Of a stretch of 24,636 nucleotides of DNA, positions 15,484 through 23,928 are shown in pieces. Source of the DNA: a virus (Duplodnaviria; Caudoviricetes); the IMG/VR virus record IMGVR_UViG_3300017911_001082, positions 1 through 24,636 of that record; one strand, 5' to 3'. A model generated the notes under the pieces. It had not been told where the DNA came from and searched no databases. It saw nothing but the letters and a program-made list of their open reading frames with translations. The position numbers and the translations under genes were made by a program. Numbering within the stretch: position 1 is the first letter of the stretch; each line of letters opens with the position of its first letter.

Positions 15484-15496
15484 ATTTACAAAACAT

Positions 15497-15504
15497 TATA
15501 AATA
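15497..15504 (+). promoter_or_regulatory. T4-type late promoter
   Basis: TATAAATA 29 nt upstream of ATG 15534, immediately after the terminator. Confidence 0.85.
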
Positions 15505-15533
15505 GTGTAAAGTAAAAGAAAAAGAGAAGTATC

Positions 15534-16628
15534 ATGCGTCAATTTAAAAGTTTTTTATCTGAAGGTAAACTGAAAGCAGAAGACTATGAAGCGGCAATCG
15601 TAGTTGGGTTTCACAAGATTACTGGTCAGAAATTAGATGTTGAGAAGTCTGGTATCGGTGCAAAAACCATGGCAGTTCTTGAGAAGAATCCTGCTGCACT
15701 TGAGGCAGGTGAACGGATTGCGATTGCAGTAAAGAAACATTTCAAACTTGGTAATGCAAAAGCAGAACAATACGGCCGTGCAAAATCATCTCTGACTCCA
15801 TTTTGGAAATCTTATGGAGCATCTGATACTACACCAAAGACAGACATTCTTATTGGAGATAAAAGGTTATCTCTTAAAATAGGCGCTGCACAACTGATGT
15901 CTGCAGGTAAAGAAGAGAGTCTCGCTACTTTTTATGCTGCAGTAGATGGTGTGGACGAATCTCTAAAAAAAGATAAAAATTATAAATTAACAGAGGAAGC
16001 ACTAGGTAATTTTATAAAAACACATAAAGCACCCAGTCAAATCAGACCACTTATCAAATCAGGAGAAAACCCTGTAGTGAACAAAGCAGAAGCAGCTCAC
16101 AAAACTGCAATGAGTATATTAGGAAAGTTATTCGAAAACAATAGAGATTTTAAAATTGCCTTCGTTAGAGAAGCAATGTCAGGATTTTACAAGTATGGAA
16201 AGAATTCTAATTCTGCAGCAGAATATATGTTAGTTGCTAGTCATGATGGTACAAAGGTAAGTATACATTCTGTATATGATGATAACTACTGTGCAAAAAT
16301 TGCAGACGCAGCAAAACTTCAAATTAGATTTAAAACTTCGCAAGGTCAAAAGAAAAGTTTGATTACTGCAAAAAATCCTAAAGGTAAAACAGGAATATAT
16401 TCATTTTGGTCTGTAACTTCTCTTATTGTAAATGCAATGCAAGAATCTGCAGAATATGAAAAACAAGGATTAAATGAAATTAAAATACTTAAAAAGGCCG
16501 CTACCGCTGCAGCAAATCTCGCACTTAGAATTTTTGATAGAGTTAGAAAAAAAGTAAAAACATTTTTAAAATTTGTTATTGGTAGTCAAGAACCAACTAT
16601 AAAAACTAGTGGAAAGGTCAAGTTCTAA
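15534..16628 (+). CDS. Late basic protein, possible PD-(D/E)xK-like nuclease fold, with capsid-targeting-like N-terminus
   Basis: MRQFKSFLSE; YEAAI...TPKTDILIG..RLSLK. Confidence 0.55.
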   Translation: MRQFKSFLSEGKLKAEDYEAAIVVGFHKITGQKLDVEKSGIGAKTMAVLEKNPAALEAGERIAIAVKKHFKLGNAKAEQYGRAKSSLTPFWKSYGASDTTPKTDILIGDKRLSLKIGAAQLMSAGKEESLATFYAAVDGVDESLKKDKNYKLTEEALGNFIKTHKAPSQIRPLIKSGENPVVNKAEAAHKTAMSILGKLFENNRDFKIAFVREAMSGFYKYGKNSNSAAEYMLVASHDGTKVSIHSVYDDNYCAKIADAAKLQIRFKTSQGQKKSLITAKNPKGKTGIYSFWSVTSLIVNAMQESAEYEKQGLNEIKILKKAATAAANLALRIFDRVRKKVKTFLKFVIGSQEPTIKTSGKVKF

Positions 16629-17851
16629 TGAACTTTTCAGACTTCATCACAGAACAAAAGAACACTCACATGACTCATATTGAGGACAAGGTTCTCTATG
16701 GTGGTGTGAAGGGTACACGAGAAGCAATCCTTGCACTCAGAGAGTTGCGAGACATGTTGGGGGGTCAAAAAGATGGTAATGTATCTGTTAAGTGGGACGG
16801 GGCCCCTGCTATCTTTGCTGGTATCGATCCTAGTGATGGAGTATTCTTTGTTGCGAAAAAGGGGATCTTCAATAAAAACCCCAAGATTTATAAGACCCCT
16901 GCTGATGTTGATGCTGATACTAGTGGCGATCTTAACACTAAACTTAAGCAGGCTCTACGTTACCTGCCCGAACTTGGAATACAGGGAGTTATCCAAGGTG
17001 ATTTCTTGTTTAGTGCCGCAGACGTAAAGACTGAAACTATCAAGGGAGAGAAGTATGTTACTTTTCATCCAAACACTATCGTATATGCGGTGCCTGCAAA
17101 TTCAGAAGCAGCACGAGATGTTAAGTCTGCAAAGATTGGAATTGTGTGGCACACAACCTATAAAGGTAACACCTTTGAATCTATGCGAGCTTCTTACGGT
17201 GTAAATGTAAGTAAATTCAAAAAAAGTAAGAATGTGTGGTCTCAAGACGCAATGCTGCGTGATCTTACAAACGTAACAATGTCAAAAAAAGATACGGAGG
17301 AAGTAAATGGATATCTGTCTCAAGCAGGAGTTCTGTTTAATCAAATATCTGGGACAACTCTTCGGCAACTTGAATCGAATGATAAGTTGGCCCAACTCAT
17401 TGAAACATTCAATAACACGTATGTCCGAAGACAAGAAGTCATTCGGGACACGACACGACATACAAATAACCTTATCAAATGGATCAAAGAAAAATTTGAC
17501 CGTGAACGAATGGCACGTAAATCGGCACGGGGACAAGCAGCCGTCCAACAAAGACTAGATGACATTCTGGTATTCTTTAGTCCTGCAAATAAAAAATCTT
17601 TAATTAAAATGTTTGATCTCCAAAAGGTTATAGTACTGGCGAAGATGAAACTTATAAATACTCTTAATAAACTCTCTAAAGTTGATACGTTCCTAAAAAC
17701 AAGAAAAGGTTATCGTGTCACAGGAGAAGAGGGTTATGTCGCTATAGACAAACTTGGTGGTGATGCAGTGAAAATTGTTGACCGTATGGAGTTCTCCTAC
17801 GCCAACTTTTCACCCGATATATTAAAAGGATGGGATAAACCAAAGAGGTAA
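16628..17851 (+). CDS. Conserved T4-like phage protein with ATP-dependent ligase/nucleotidyltransferase motifs
   Basis: SVKWDGAP (motif I KxDG), IQGDFLF, GEEGYVA, AVKIVDR; N-terminus MNFSDFITE. Confidence 0.75.
   Translation: MNFSDFITEQKNTHMTHIEDKVLYGGVKGTREAILALRELRDMLGGQKDGNVSVKWDGAPAIFAGIDPSDGVFFVAKKGIFNKNPKIYKTPADVDADTSGDLNTKLKQALRYLPELGIQGVIQGDFLFSAADVKTETIKGEKYVTFHPNTIVYAVPANSEAARDVKSAKIGIVWHTTYKGNTFESMRASYGVNVSKFKKSKNVWSQDAMLRDLTNVTMSKKDTEEVNGYLSQAGVLFNQISGTTLRQLESNDKLAQLIETFNNTYVRRQEVIRDTTRHTNNLIKWIKEKFDRERMARKSARGQAAVQQRLDDILVFFSPANKKSLIKMFDLQKVIVLAKMKLINTLNKLSKVDTFLKTRKGYRVTGEEGYVAIDKLGGDAVKIVDRMEFSYANFSPDILKGWDKPKR
17653..17660 (+). promoter_or_regulatory. Possible internal T4 late promoter
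   Basis: TATAAATA about 195 nt upstream of 17855. Confidence 0.45.
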
Positions 17852-17854
17852 AAA

Positions 17855-18340
17855 ATGGCAAAACCATTGTCCTTCAAGGATATGATGTCAGTACAACATC
17901 GTCCAGGCGAAGACGAACTGACAAACTACAGAGCAAACAAGAGACGCAGAGGTCAGGGCGCTGGCGCTGACTCTGAGTATTCGTCTACTAATCCTCCACG
18001 TAAAGAAGAGATCGAAAACGAGGCGTTGAACACAACTCAACGTATGGCTCGTCGTCGTCTTATGAAGAGAATCAAATCACGTATCAAACTTGGTAGAGAT
18101 AAGGCCGCACGTAGAATGGCATCTAAGGATACGTTGGAGAAACGTGCACAACGTCAAGCACGTAAAGCACTCTTCAAGAAACTTGTGAAGGGTAAAGATA
18201 AGAATGATCTACCATTTGCTCGTAGACAAGAAATTGAAAAGAAACTAGATAAACCTGCAATGAAGAAACGTATTAGTATGCTTGCGAAACGCATGGTAAA
18301 AGATGTTCGTAAGAAAGAAGTTGAAAGGAAGAAAGGTTGA
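17855..18340 (+). CDS. Highly basic (K/R-rich) probable head-internal protein
   Basis: GAGG RBS; very K/R-rich C-terminal 100 aa after EIENE. Confidence 0.75.
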   Translation: MAKPLSFKDMMSVQHRPGEDELTNYRANKRRRGQGAGADSEYSSTNPPRKEEIENEALNTTQRMARRRLMKRIKSRIKLGRDKAARRMASKDTLEKRAQRQARKALFKKLVKGKDKNDLPFARRQEIEKKLDKPAMKKRISMLAKRMVKDVRKKEVERKKG

Positions 18341-19515
18341 TCGGTTCTTTTAAGAATTTCCTTGTAGAAGAAGAAAAGACCGTGTTCTTTACGTGGGGAC
18401 GTATGAACCCACCTACGATTGGGCATGAAAAACTTCTGAATGTTCTCGCACAAAAAGCGGGGAACAATCCGTATTTTGTTTACCTGTCACAATCTACAGA
18501 TCCAAAGAAAAATCCTCTAGGTTATAAAGAAAAAGTAAAGATCGCTCGTAAGATGTTTCCACGTCACGCACGTAGAATCATGTTGGATAATAAAGTAAAG
18601 GTTCTATTTGACCTACTTACTAAACTGTATGACATGGGTTACAAGAATGTAACTATGGTTGTCGGTGCAGATCGTATTCAAGAGTTTGATATTCTCATGA
18701 AAAAATATAACGGTAAGAAGGGTAGACATGGGTTCTATAACTTCAACCGTATCAATGTAGTCTCTGCAGGAGAAAGAGATCCTGATGCAGAGGGTGTCGA
18801 AGGTATGTCTGCATCAAAAATGAGAGCGGCGGCAAGTGATGGGGACTTCTCGTCGTTCTCGCAAGGCCTACCGAAGAACTTCTCAAATGCAGATGCAAAG
18901 TCCCTGTTCAACACAATCCGTAAAGGGATGGGACTCAAAGAACAAAAAGAATATAAAAATCATATACAATTGAATCCTGTATCAGAAACACGTGAACAAT
19001 ACGTGTCTGGTGATTTGTACAGTGTAGGTGATAAAGTGATTGTCAAAGAGTCTGGTGATGTAGGTTCAGTGACACACTTAGGTGCAAACTATGTCATTGT
19101 AGAACACGGTACAAATCAAAAGAGATATTGGTTGGATGCCGTGGAGATGTTAGAGAAAACTAAAGTCCCACAAGATCCAGACGTAAAAGATAAAAAGGGT
19201 ACACAACCCAAAAAATATTTCAAAGGTCTTTCCAAGTCAACTAAAGACAAGAGAGATGCACATTTCGCAAAAGGTAAAAAGAAAGCAGACAATGATCCGT
19301 CTGCATATAAACCTGCGCCTGGCGATAAAGAGGCGAAGACTAAACCATCTAAGTATACTACGCAGTTCAAAAAAATGTTTGGTGAACAAGATCAAGAAAG
19401 GCTTGCACGTAAACGTATCGAAAGAGAAAAAGAGGCAGATAGAATCCGTCATGACCGTATGATGGATCGTGCACGTATGCGTGATACCAAAAAGAAAAAT
19501 AAGGAAACAAAATGA
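18337..19515 (+). CDS. HIGH-family nucleotidyltransferase (phage cytidylyltransferase/NMNAT-like) with C-terminal appended modules
   Basis: TWGRMNPPTIGHEKL, KKNPL, MVVGADR, SAGERDPD, MSASKMR; TTG start; N-terminus MIGSFKNFLVE. Confidence 0.88.
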   Translation: MIGSFKNFLVEEEKTVFFTWGRMNPPTIGHEKLLNVLAQKAGNNPYFVYLSQSTDPKKNPLGYKEKVKIARKMFPRHARRIMLDNKVKVLFDLLTKLYDMGYKNVTMVVGADRIQEFDILMKKYNGKKGRHGFYNFNRINVVSAGERDPDAEGVEGMSASKMRAAASDGDFSSFSQGLPKNFSNADAKSLFNTIRKGMGLKEQKEYKNHIQLNPVSETREQYVSGDLYSVGDKVIVKESGDVGSVTHLGANYVIVEHGTNQKRYWLDAVEMLEKTKVPQDPDVKDKKGTQPKKYFKGLSKSTKDKRDAHFAKGKKKADNDPSAYKPAPGDKEAKTKPSKYTTQFKKMFGEQDQERLARKRIEREKEADRIRHDRMMDRARMRDTKKKNKETK

Positions 19516-19748
19516 TTTCGTTCAACCAATACATCAAAGAAGATGCGGGGAAATCACTTGCAGACAAATCAAAGAAGTCTGGAATTTCAGTGGGGACTCT
19601 GCGTAAAGTTTATAACCGTGGAGTCGCTGCATGGAAGACTGGTCATAGACCAGGCACCACCCCTGAACAGTGGGGACATGCACGAGTCAATGCGTTCATC
19701 GTCAAGAAGAAAAAGGGCAATCTAAATCACGATAAGGATCTCGCATAA
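19512..19748 (+). CDS. Small basic protein with RGxAAWxTGHRPG motif (DUF5824-like half)
   Basis: LRKVYNRGVAAWKTGHRPGTTPEQWGHARVNAF; N-terminus MISFNQYIKE. Confidence 0.8.
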   Translation: MISFNQYIKEDAGKSLADKSKKSGISVGTLRKVYNRGVAAWKTGHRPGTTPEQWGHARVNAFIVKKKKGNLNHDKDLA

Positions 19749-20821
19749 TGGGAAAAGCACCTAAGATTGATGACAAGAAGTTTGCTGCCCATATGGACAG
19801 AAACAAAAAGTCAAAACCACAAAGTTCTACTAAGAAATCTCTTGCAGATATCAGAAGTCGTGCAGAGGGTAAAACTTTATCTAAAAAACAAATTACACGT
19901 GCACTTGGTAGTAAAAAGGCTCAAGCAAAACCTAAAGACCAAGTATCATTGAAGAAAGCACCTTGGGAGAAACAAAACGAATCATTCGACTTCCGTGTGA
20001 ATATCGATGGGTTTCCCGAGATCTTTATGTCTGGTAATTCGCCAGGCGAAGTGAAGTCACATCTACGTGGTATCGTGAAACAACCTTCGATGGTCAAGTC
20101 TGTTGACAGAGTTACTGCACACGATAAGAAGAAACACTTCCGTAAAAAGTCTATGAGTGAAGGTACAATGGGTGACGCACCAGAATGGGGTACACCAGAA
20201 GCAACCAAACGTGCTGCAGAGATTACGCCTGGTCAATCTATTGACGAGAACAAAGCCCTTATGAAAGACTATCAGGGTTTAAAGGCTAAAGGTAAGTCGG
20301 ATTCTCATGCACTTGACTATTTAATGTCTATGCCAAAATACAAGCGTATGTCTAAAGATGATATGAGAAAGATTATCGGCGACGCAAAACGCAAGGGCAT
20401 CTTCAAAGAAGAAGTTTCTTTAGACGAGAGTTCACCTGCATCGATGATTCGCACCTTATCAAAAGAATACGACAGTGCACTACGCAATCGTAAGGACTAT
20501 GCTAGAGAAAGAATGACAGTCTTGAAGAAGATGAAATCATTCTTAGACAAACAAGGCATGGACAGAAAGAAACAAATGACTGCGATGAAGACACTTGACG
20601 CTTCGTTGATTCGTATTGCAAACAAATATGACAAGGGTGCAAATGAAGGGTTTATGGATGGTGTAAAGTCATTCTTCTCAAATGTCGGTAAAAAAGTTAT
20701 GGGTGACAAACCCACTGCAAATCAAACACGTGTAAATACAAATCGCAATAGTACTTCTGGTTCTCAAAATTCAAAAGGCAGTATTGCACAGAGAATCAAC
20801 TTTGGAGGTAAATACAAGTGA
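19748..20821 (+). CDS. Lys-rich modular probable head-internal protein
   Basis: Basic modules separated by QNE/MSE/IDE/LDE/ANE sites; EWGTPE...TPGQ motif. Confidence 0.7.
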   Translation: MGKAPKIDDKKFAAHMDRNKKSKPQSSTKKSLADIRSRAEGKTLSKKQITRALGSKKAQAKPKDQVSLKKAPWEKQNESFDFRVNIDGFPEIFMSGNSPGEVKSHLRGIVKQPSMVKSVDRVTAHDKKKHFRKKSMSEGTMGDAPEWGTPEATKRAAEITPGQSIDENKALMKDYQGLKAKGKSDSHALDYLMSMPKYKRMSKDDMRKIIGDAKRKGIFKEEVSLDESSPASMIRTLSKEYDSALRNRKDYARERMTVLKKMKSFLDKQGMDRKKQMTAMKTLDASLIRIANKYDKGANEGFMDGVKSFFSNVGKKVMGDKPTANQTRVNTNRNSTSGSQNSKGSIAQRINFGGKYK

Positions 20822-21168
20822 CGGAGAAATTCAAATCATTCCTAGAAGAATCGATTGATGATATCTGTGAATCATGTGATATCTACGAAGATCTAGAATT
20901 AGAAGAGGCAGTACATAACGGTAAGAAAGTCACACTGAACAACCCTACTCGTGGTGGCAGTAAGAAGTTCTACGTTTATGTGCGCAATGAAAAAGGTAAC
21001 ATTGTAAAAGTATCATTCGGCGATCCTAACATGGAAATCAAACGTGATGATCCAGAACGCCGCAAATCATTTCGGGCAAGACACAACTGTGCAGACCCTG
21101 GCCCGAAATGGAAAGCAAGATACTGGTCATGCTGGCAGTGGCGTGCAGGTGCGAAGGTGGATAACTAA
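20818..21168 (+). CDS. Conserved viral basic protein (RRKSFRARHxC...ARYWSC)
   Basis: KKFYVYV..VKVSFGD..RRKSFRARHNC..ARYWSC; GTG start, GGAGG RBS; N-terminus MTEKFKSFLEE. Confidence 0.8.
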   Translation: MTEKFKSFLEESIDDICESCDIYEDLELEEAVHNGKKVTLNNPTRGGSKKFYVYVRNEKGNIVKVSFGDPNMEIKRDDPERRKSFRARHNCADPGPKWKARYWSCWQWRAGAKVDN

Positions 21169-21443
21169 TGGCAGAGGTTGAAGATAGAATTGTTCGTATC
21201 GAACAAAAGATTGATAAACTTGCAGAGTTACTAATCAATGTGGCCCGAATCGAAGAGAAGGTGACACACTTGAAAGGCGATCATGACGAACAACATGAAC
21301 GGATGAACCGTTTTTCGGCTCGTTTGGATAAAATAGAAAAGATGGTTGAAGAAAATAATGCAACCGTTAGGATTATAAATAAATTAGTTATGGCGGCAAT
21401 GATTGCTGCCGTTGGGACATTTGTGGCCCAGATGTGGATGTAA
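21168..21443 (+). CDS. Coiled-coil protein with C-terminal transmembrane helix (XhlA-like architecture)
   Basis: RIVRIEQKIDKL..VARIEEK heptads; LVMAAMIAAVGTFVAQMWM tail. Confidence 0.75.
   Translation: MAEVEDRIVRIEQKIDKLAELLINVARIEEKVTHLKGDHDEQHERMNRFSARLDKIEKMVEENNATVRIINKLVMAAMIAAVGTFVAQMWM
21374..21381 (+). promoter_or_regulatory. Probable T4 late promoter
   Basis: TATAAATA about 75 nt upstream of ATG 21455. Confidence 0.5.
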
Positions 21444-21454
21444 TGGAGAAAACA

Positions 21455-22132
21455 ATGTTTAAAAACATCTTTATGGAGCGGGCCACTCCCCAAAAGGTCG
21501 AAGAAAAAAATATGAGTGAAATGTGTTGCAAGAACTGTGGTGACATGTTTGGTAAACCTAAAAGTGAAAGTTGCAAGTATGATGCATACAACGCTGAAGG
21601 TAAGAACTGGGTCAAGAAAGAATCCTATAAGGAAGCAATGGACCCTGTAGATTCTAAAGAACTCAAGGGTAAACATAAAGACCGTAAGGACAAAGATATT
21701 GATAACGATGGTGACGTTGATGATACTGACAAGTATCTACACAAACGCCGTAAGGCAATTTCAAAATCTAAAAAGAAAGATGGTGAAGGAGACGTACAAA
21801 TGAATCCTAAACTAGATAAAGGTGGTAAAGAAGAACAGAAAGAATCAACGATTCGTGATCGTTTGATGTCTATCTGGGAGACTGCAGCACAGACAAAAGG
21901 TGCAACTAAACCTGAGACTATGGATGACAAGATCAAAGGTAAAGGTGCAAAAGACATGATGAACCAACCAGTGGAAAAAGATGACACTGAGGAAAAAGGT
22001 CACAAGGATGCGTCTGATGCAGGCCGTGTAACCAAACCTGCACCACAACGTAATGGTGGAGACCAAGTACGTTCTGGTGATCAGAAAATTGTCAACCAAG
22101 TTGTTGACGCACTGAAAGGTATGAAAAAATGA
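21455..22132 (+). CDS. Charged low-complexity probable head-internal protein with EF-hand-like loop
   Basis: GGAG RBS before ATG 21455; DIDNDGDVDDTDKYLHKRRKAI motif; CCKNC motif. Confidence 0.75.
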   Translation: MFKNIFMERATPQKVEEKNMSEMCCKNCGDMFGKPKSESCKYDAYNAEGKNWVKKESYKEAMDPVDSKELKGKHKDRKDKDIDNDGDVDDTDKYLHKRRKAISKSKKKDGEGDVQMNPKLDKGGKEEQKESTIRDRLMSIWETAAQTKGATKPETMDDKIKGKGAKDMMNQPVEKDDTEEKGHKDASDAGRVTKPAPQRNGGDQVRSGDQKIVNQVVDALKGMKK

Positions 22133-22392
22133 TAACTCCTCCTTCGTATGCAAAAGATGCGGTTCCAACTCGTAGTGGTTGGAAGCATCCGAAGACAGGT
22201 GAACTATTGAAAGCGCAAAACATGACGCAAGAACAGATCGATGAATATAATGGTGTGCAATCTCTAAACGAATCTCCTACCACAAAAGAGGAGTTCGTTG
22301 CAGAACACATTGAAGAGGTAGAAACTGATCTACCTGCACCTAAGAAAAAGAAATCTATATTCAAGAAGATGTCACAAGTTTTGAAATCATAA
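22129..22392 (+). CDS. Hypothetical protein
   Basis: Start overlaps the upstream stop; PPSYAKDAVPTRSGWKHPKTGELL. Confidence 0.75.
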   Translation: MITPPSYAKDAVPTRSGWKHPKTGELLKAQNMTQEQIDEYNGVQSLNESPTTKEEFVAEHIEEVETDLPAPKKKKSIFKKMSQVLKS

Positions 22393-22406
22393 TATATAAA
22401 CTTGTT

Positions 22407-22766
22407 ATGCACAACTTGAATGAAAAAAACTTGTTGCTATATGCAGCAAAACATTATTATAATCCACGGTACTCTGACGTAGATGAGTTCTATGAGGATT
22501 TGAAGAGGTTCAAATATATCAAACGTTTGGTGAATCGTTATCTGGATGATAAGGCACTCTCTGAACGTTTGATCTTGAATCATCTTATTGTGATATTCAA
22601 TGCCTTCGGTATTGAACCTTCTTTGAATATGTTACAGGTAAAACTAGAGGACAGACACTGGCCAGTCATAAAACCATTTTTAGTATTTCTAAAATACATT
22701 ACAAATGAAGAACTGATTGGAGTTGCGATGGATGAAAAAGTTGTAGAGGCACTAAGGAAAATATAA
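22407..22766 (+). CDS. Conserved T4-like marine phage hypothetical protein
   Basis: LNEKNLLLYAAKHYYNP..EFYEDLKRFKYIKRL..ERLILNHLI pattern seen in cyanophage-like myoviruses. Confidence 0.8.
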   Translation: MHNLNEKNLLLYAAKHYYNPRYSDVDEFYEDLKRFKYIKRLVNRYLDDKALSERLILNHLIVIFNAFGIEPSLNMLQVKLEDRHWPVIKPFLVFLKYITNEELIGVAMDEKVVEALRKI

Positions 22767-23353
22767 TGGGCATTCTAAAATCAGCGGCAGATACCGTCTA
22801 TGTGTTTCGATTCATTCGAATGTTAGTGTTGGACTGGAAAGACTGGGACGCATTCAAACAAGGTATTATAGACGAGAACGGTAAGAGAGATAAGAGTGTG
22901 AGAATTGACAGTTCAGAAAAAAGTTCTGCATGGACACCTTTCATCCGTTTGTGTGCTAACATCAAAAGGTTGATATCTAAGATCCCAGGCGGGTCAACAA
23001 AACTTGGATCGTTTGCGTCTGCACTATATCTTATAAAAGAAAAATATAATCTAAATGATAAACAAATCGGAACTATCTGTGAGAAGTTTGATATCGATAT
23101 CTTAGACTTCCTAAACGAGAACAGTGAATGGTTTGTATTAGAAGATAAACAGTTATCGCCTGGCGTATATAGAGTAAAGAACCCAAAGGTACTCAATAGT
23201 ACTATTGAAGAGATGTGCCACGCAAAAGATCAAATTCGTATTTCAGAGGATGCGTATCCTATTGGTGATGTATTTGGTGTTGACATTTATGAAGCAACAC
23301 ATATGAAAACAAATCAGAAAATCTACATTACTATAAATGAGATATACAAATGA
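22766..23353 (+). CDS. Conserved T4-like marine phage hypothetical protein
   Basis: ADTVYVFRFIRMLV..W..AFKQGIIDENG..NIKRL..SFASALYLIKE. Confidence 0.8.
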   Translation: MGILKSAADTVYVFRFIRMLVLDWKDWDAFKQGIIDENGKRDKSVRIDSSEKSSAWTPFIRLCANIKRLISKIPGGSTKLGSFASALYLIKEKYNLNDKQIGTICEKFDIDILDFLNENSEWFVLEDKQLSPGVYRVKNPKVLNSTIEEMCHAKDQIRISEDAYPIGDVFGVDIYEATHMKTNQKIYITINEIYK

Positions 23354-23928
23354 CAAAACTTAGAACTCTAAAACTAATCAATAAAATCAAAAAGTCTGGT
23401 GTCGTCAAGAAAGGATCTATGTCCAAGGACGGTGCAAAGAAAGATGAAGATTGTTGGTCTGGTTACAAACAAGTTGGTATGAAGAAGAAGGGATCTAAGA
23501 TGGTCCCTAATTGCGTACCAGAGGGTTTTGCGAAGTCTCGTGCACAACAGGCCGCAATTGCCATTAGTAAGAAAGAACGTGGAGATAAGGTTGACGAACT
23601 CTCTATGAGTCTGAAAGATCTAAGTAAGTCAGGTATCAATAAAAAAGGTTTGCCTGATAAAGACAAACTCAAGAAAGATCTTGAGAAGTTGAAAAGGGGA
23701 TTGAAGAAAGAGGATTGGGTTTGTGGTAAGTGTAATGCAGAACCCTGCACGTGTGAGGGTATCAGTGAAGATGCGCCCACAGTAAACACTGGTGCAATTC
23801 CTAACCCTGCAAATACTGCACAAGGTAAATTCAAAACAAGTAGAGTCTATGATAGACGCAAGAAAAAGGGCAAACCAAAACTCTTGAAAAGATTTGCAGA
23901 CTATTATAAGGAGAAGGGTATAGAATGA
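23350..23928 (+). CDS. Lys-rich modular probable head-internal protein
   Basis: CWSGYKQVGMKKKGSKMVPNCV, SRAQQAAIAISKKE, CGKCNAEPCTC and EDAPTVN modules. Confidence 0.75.
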   Translation: MTKLRTLKLINKIKKSGVVKKGSMSKDGAKKDEDCWSGYKQVGMKKKGSKMVPNCVPEGFAKSRAQQAAIAISKKERGDKVDELSMSLKDLSKSGINKKGLPDKDKLKKDLEKLKRGLKKEDWVCGKCNAEPCTCEGISEDAPTVNTGAIPNPANTAQGKFKTSRVYDRRKKKGKPKLLKRFADYYKEKGIE

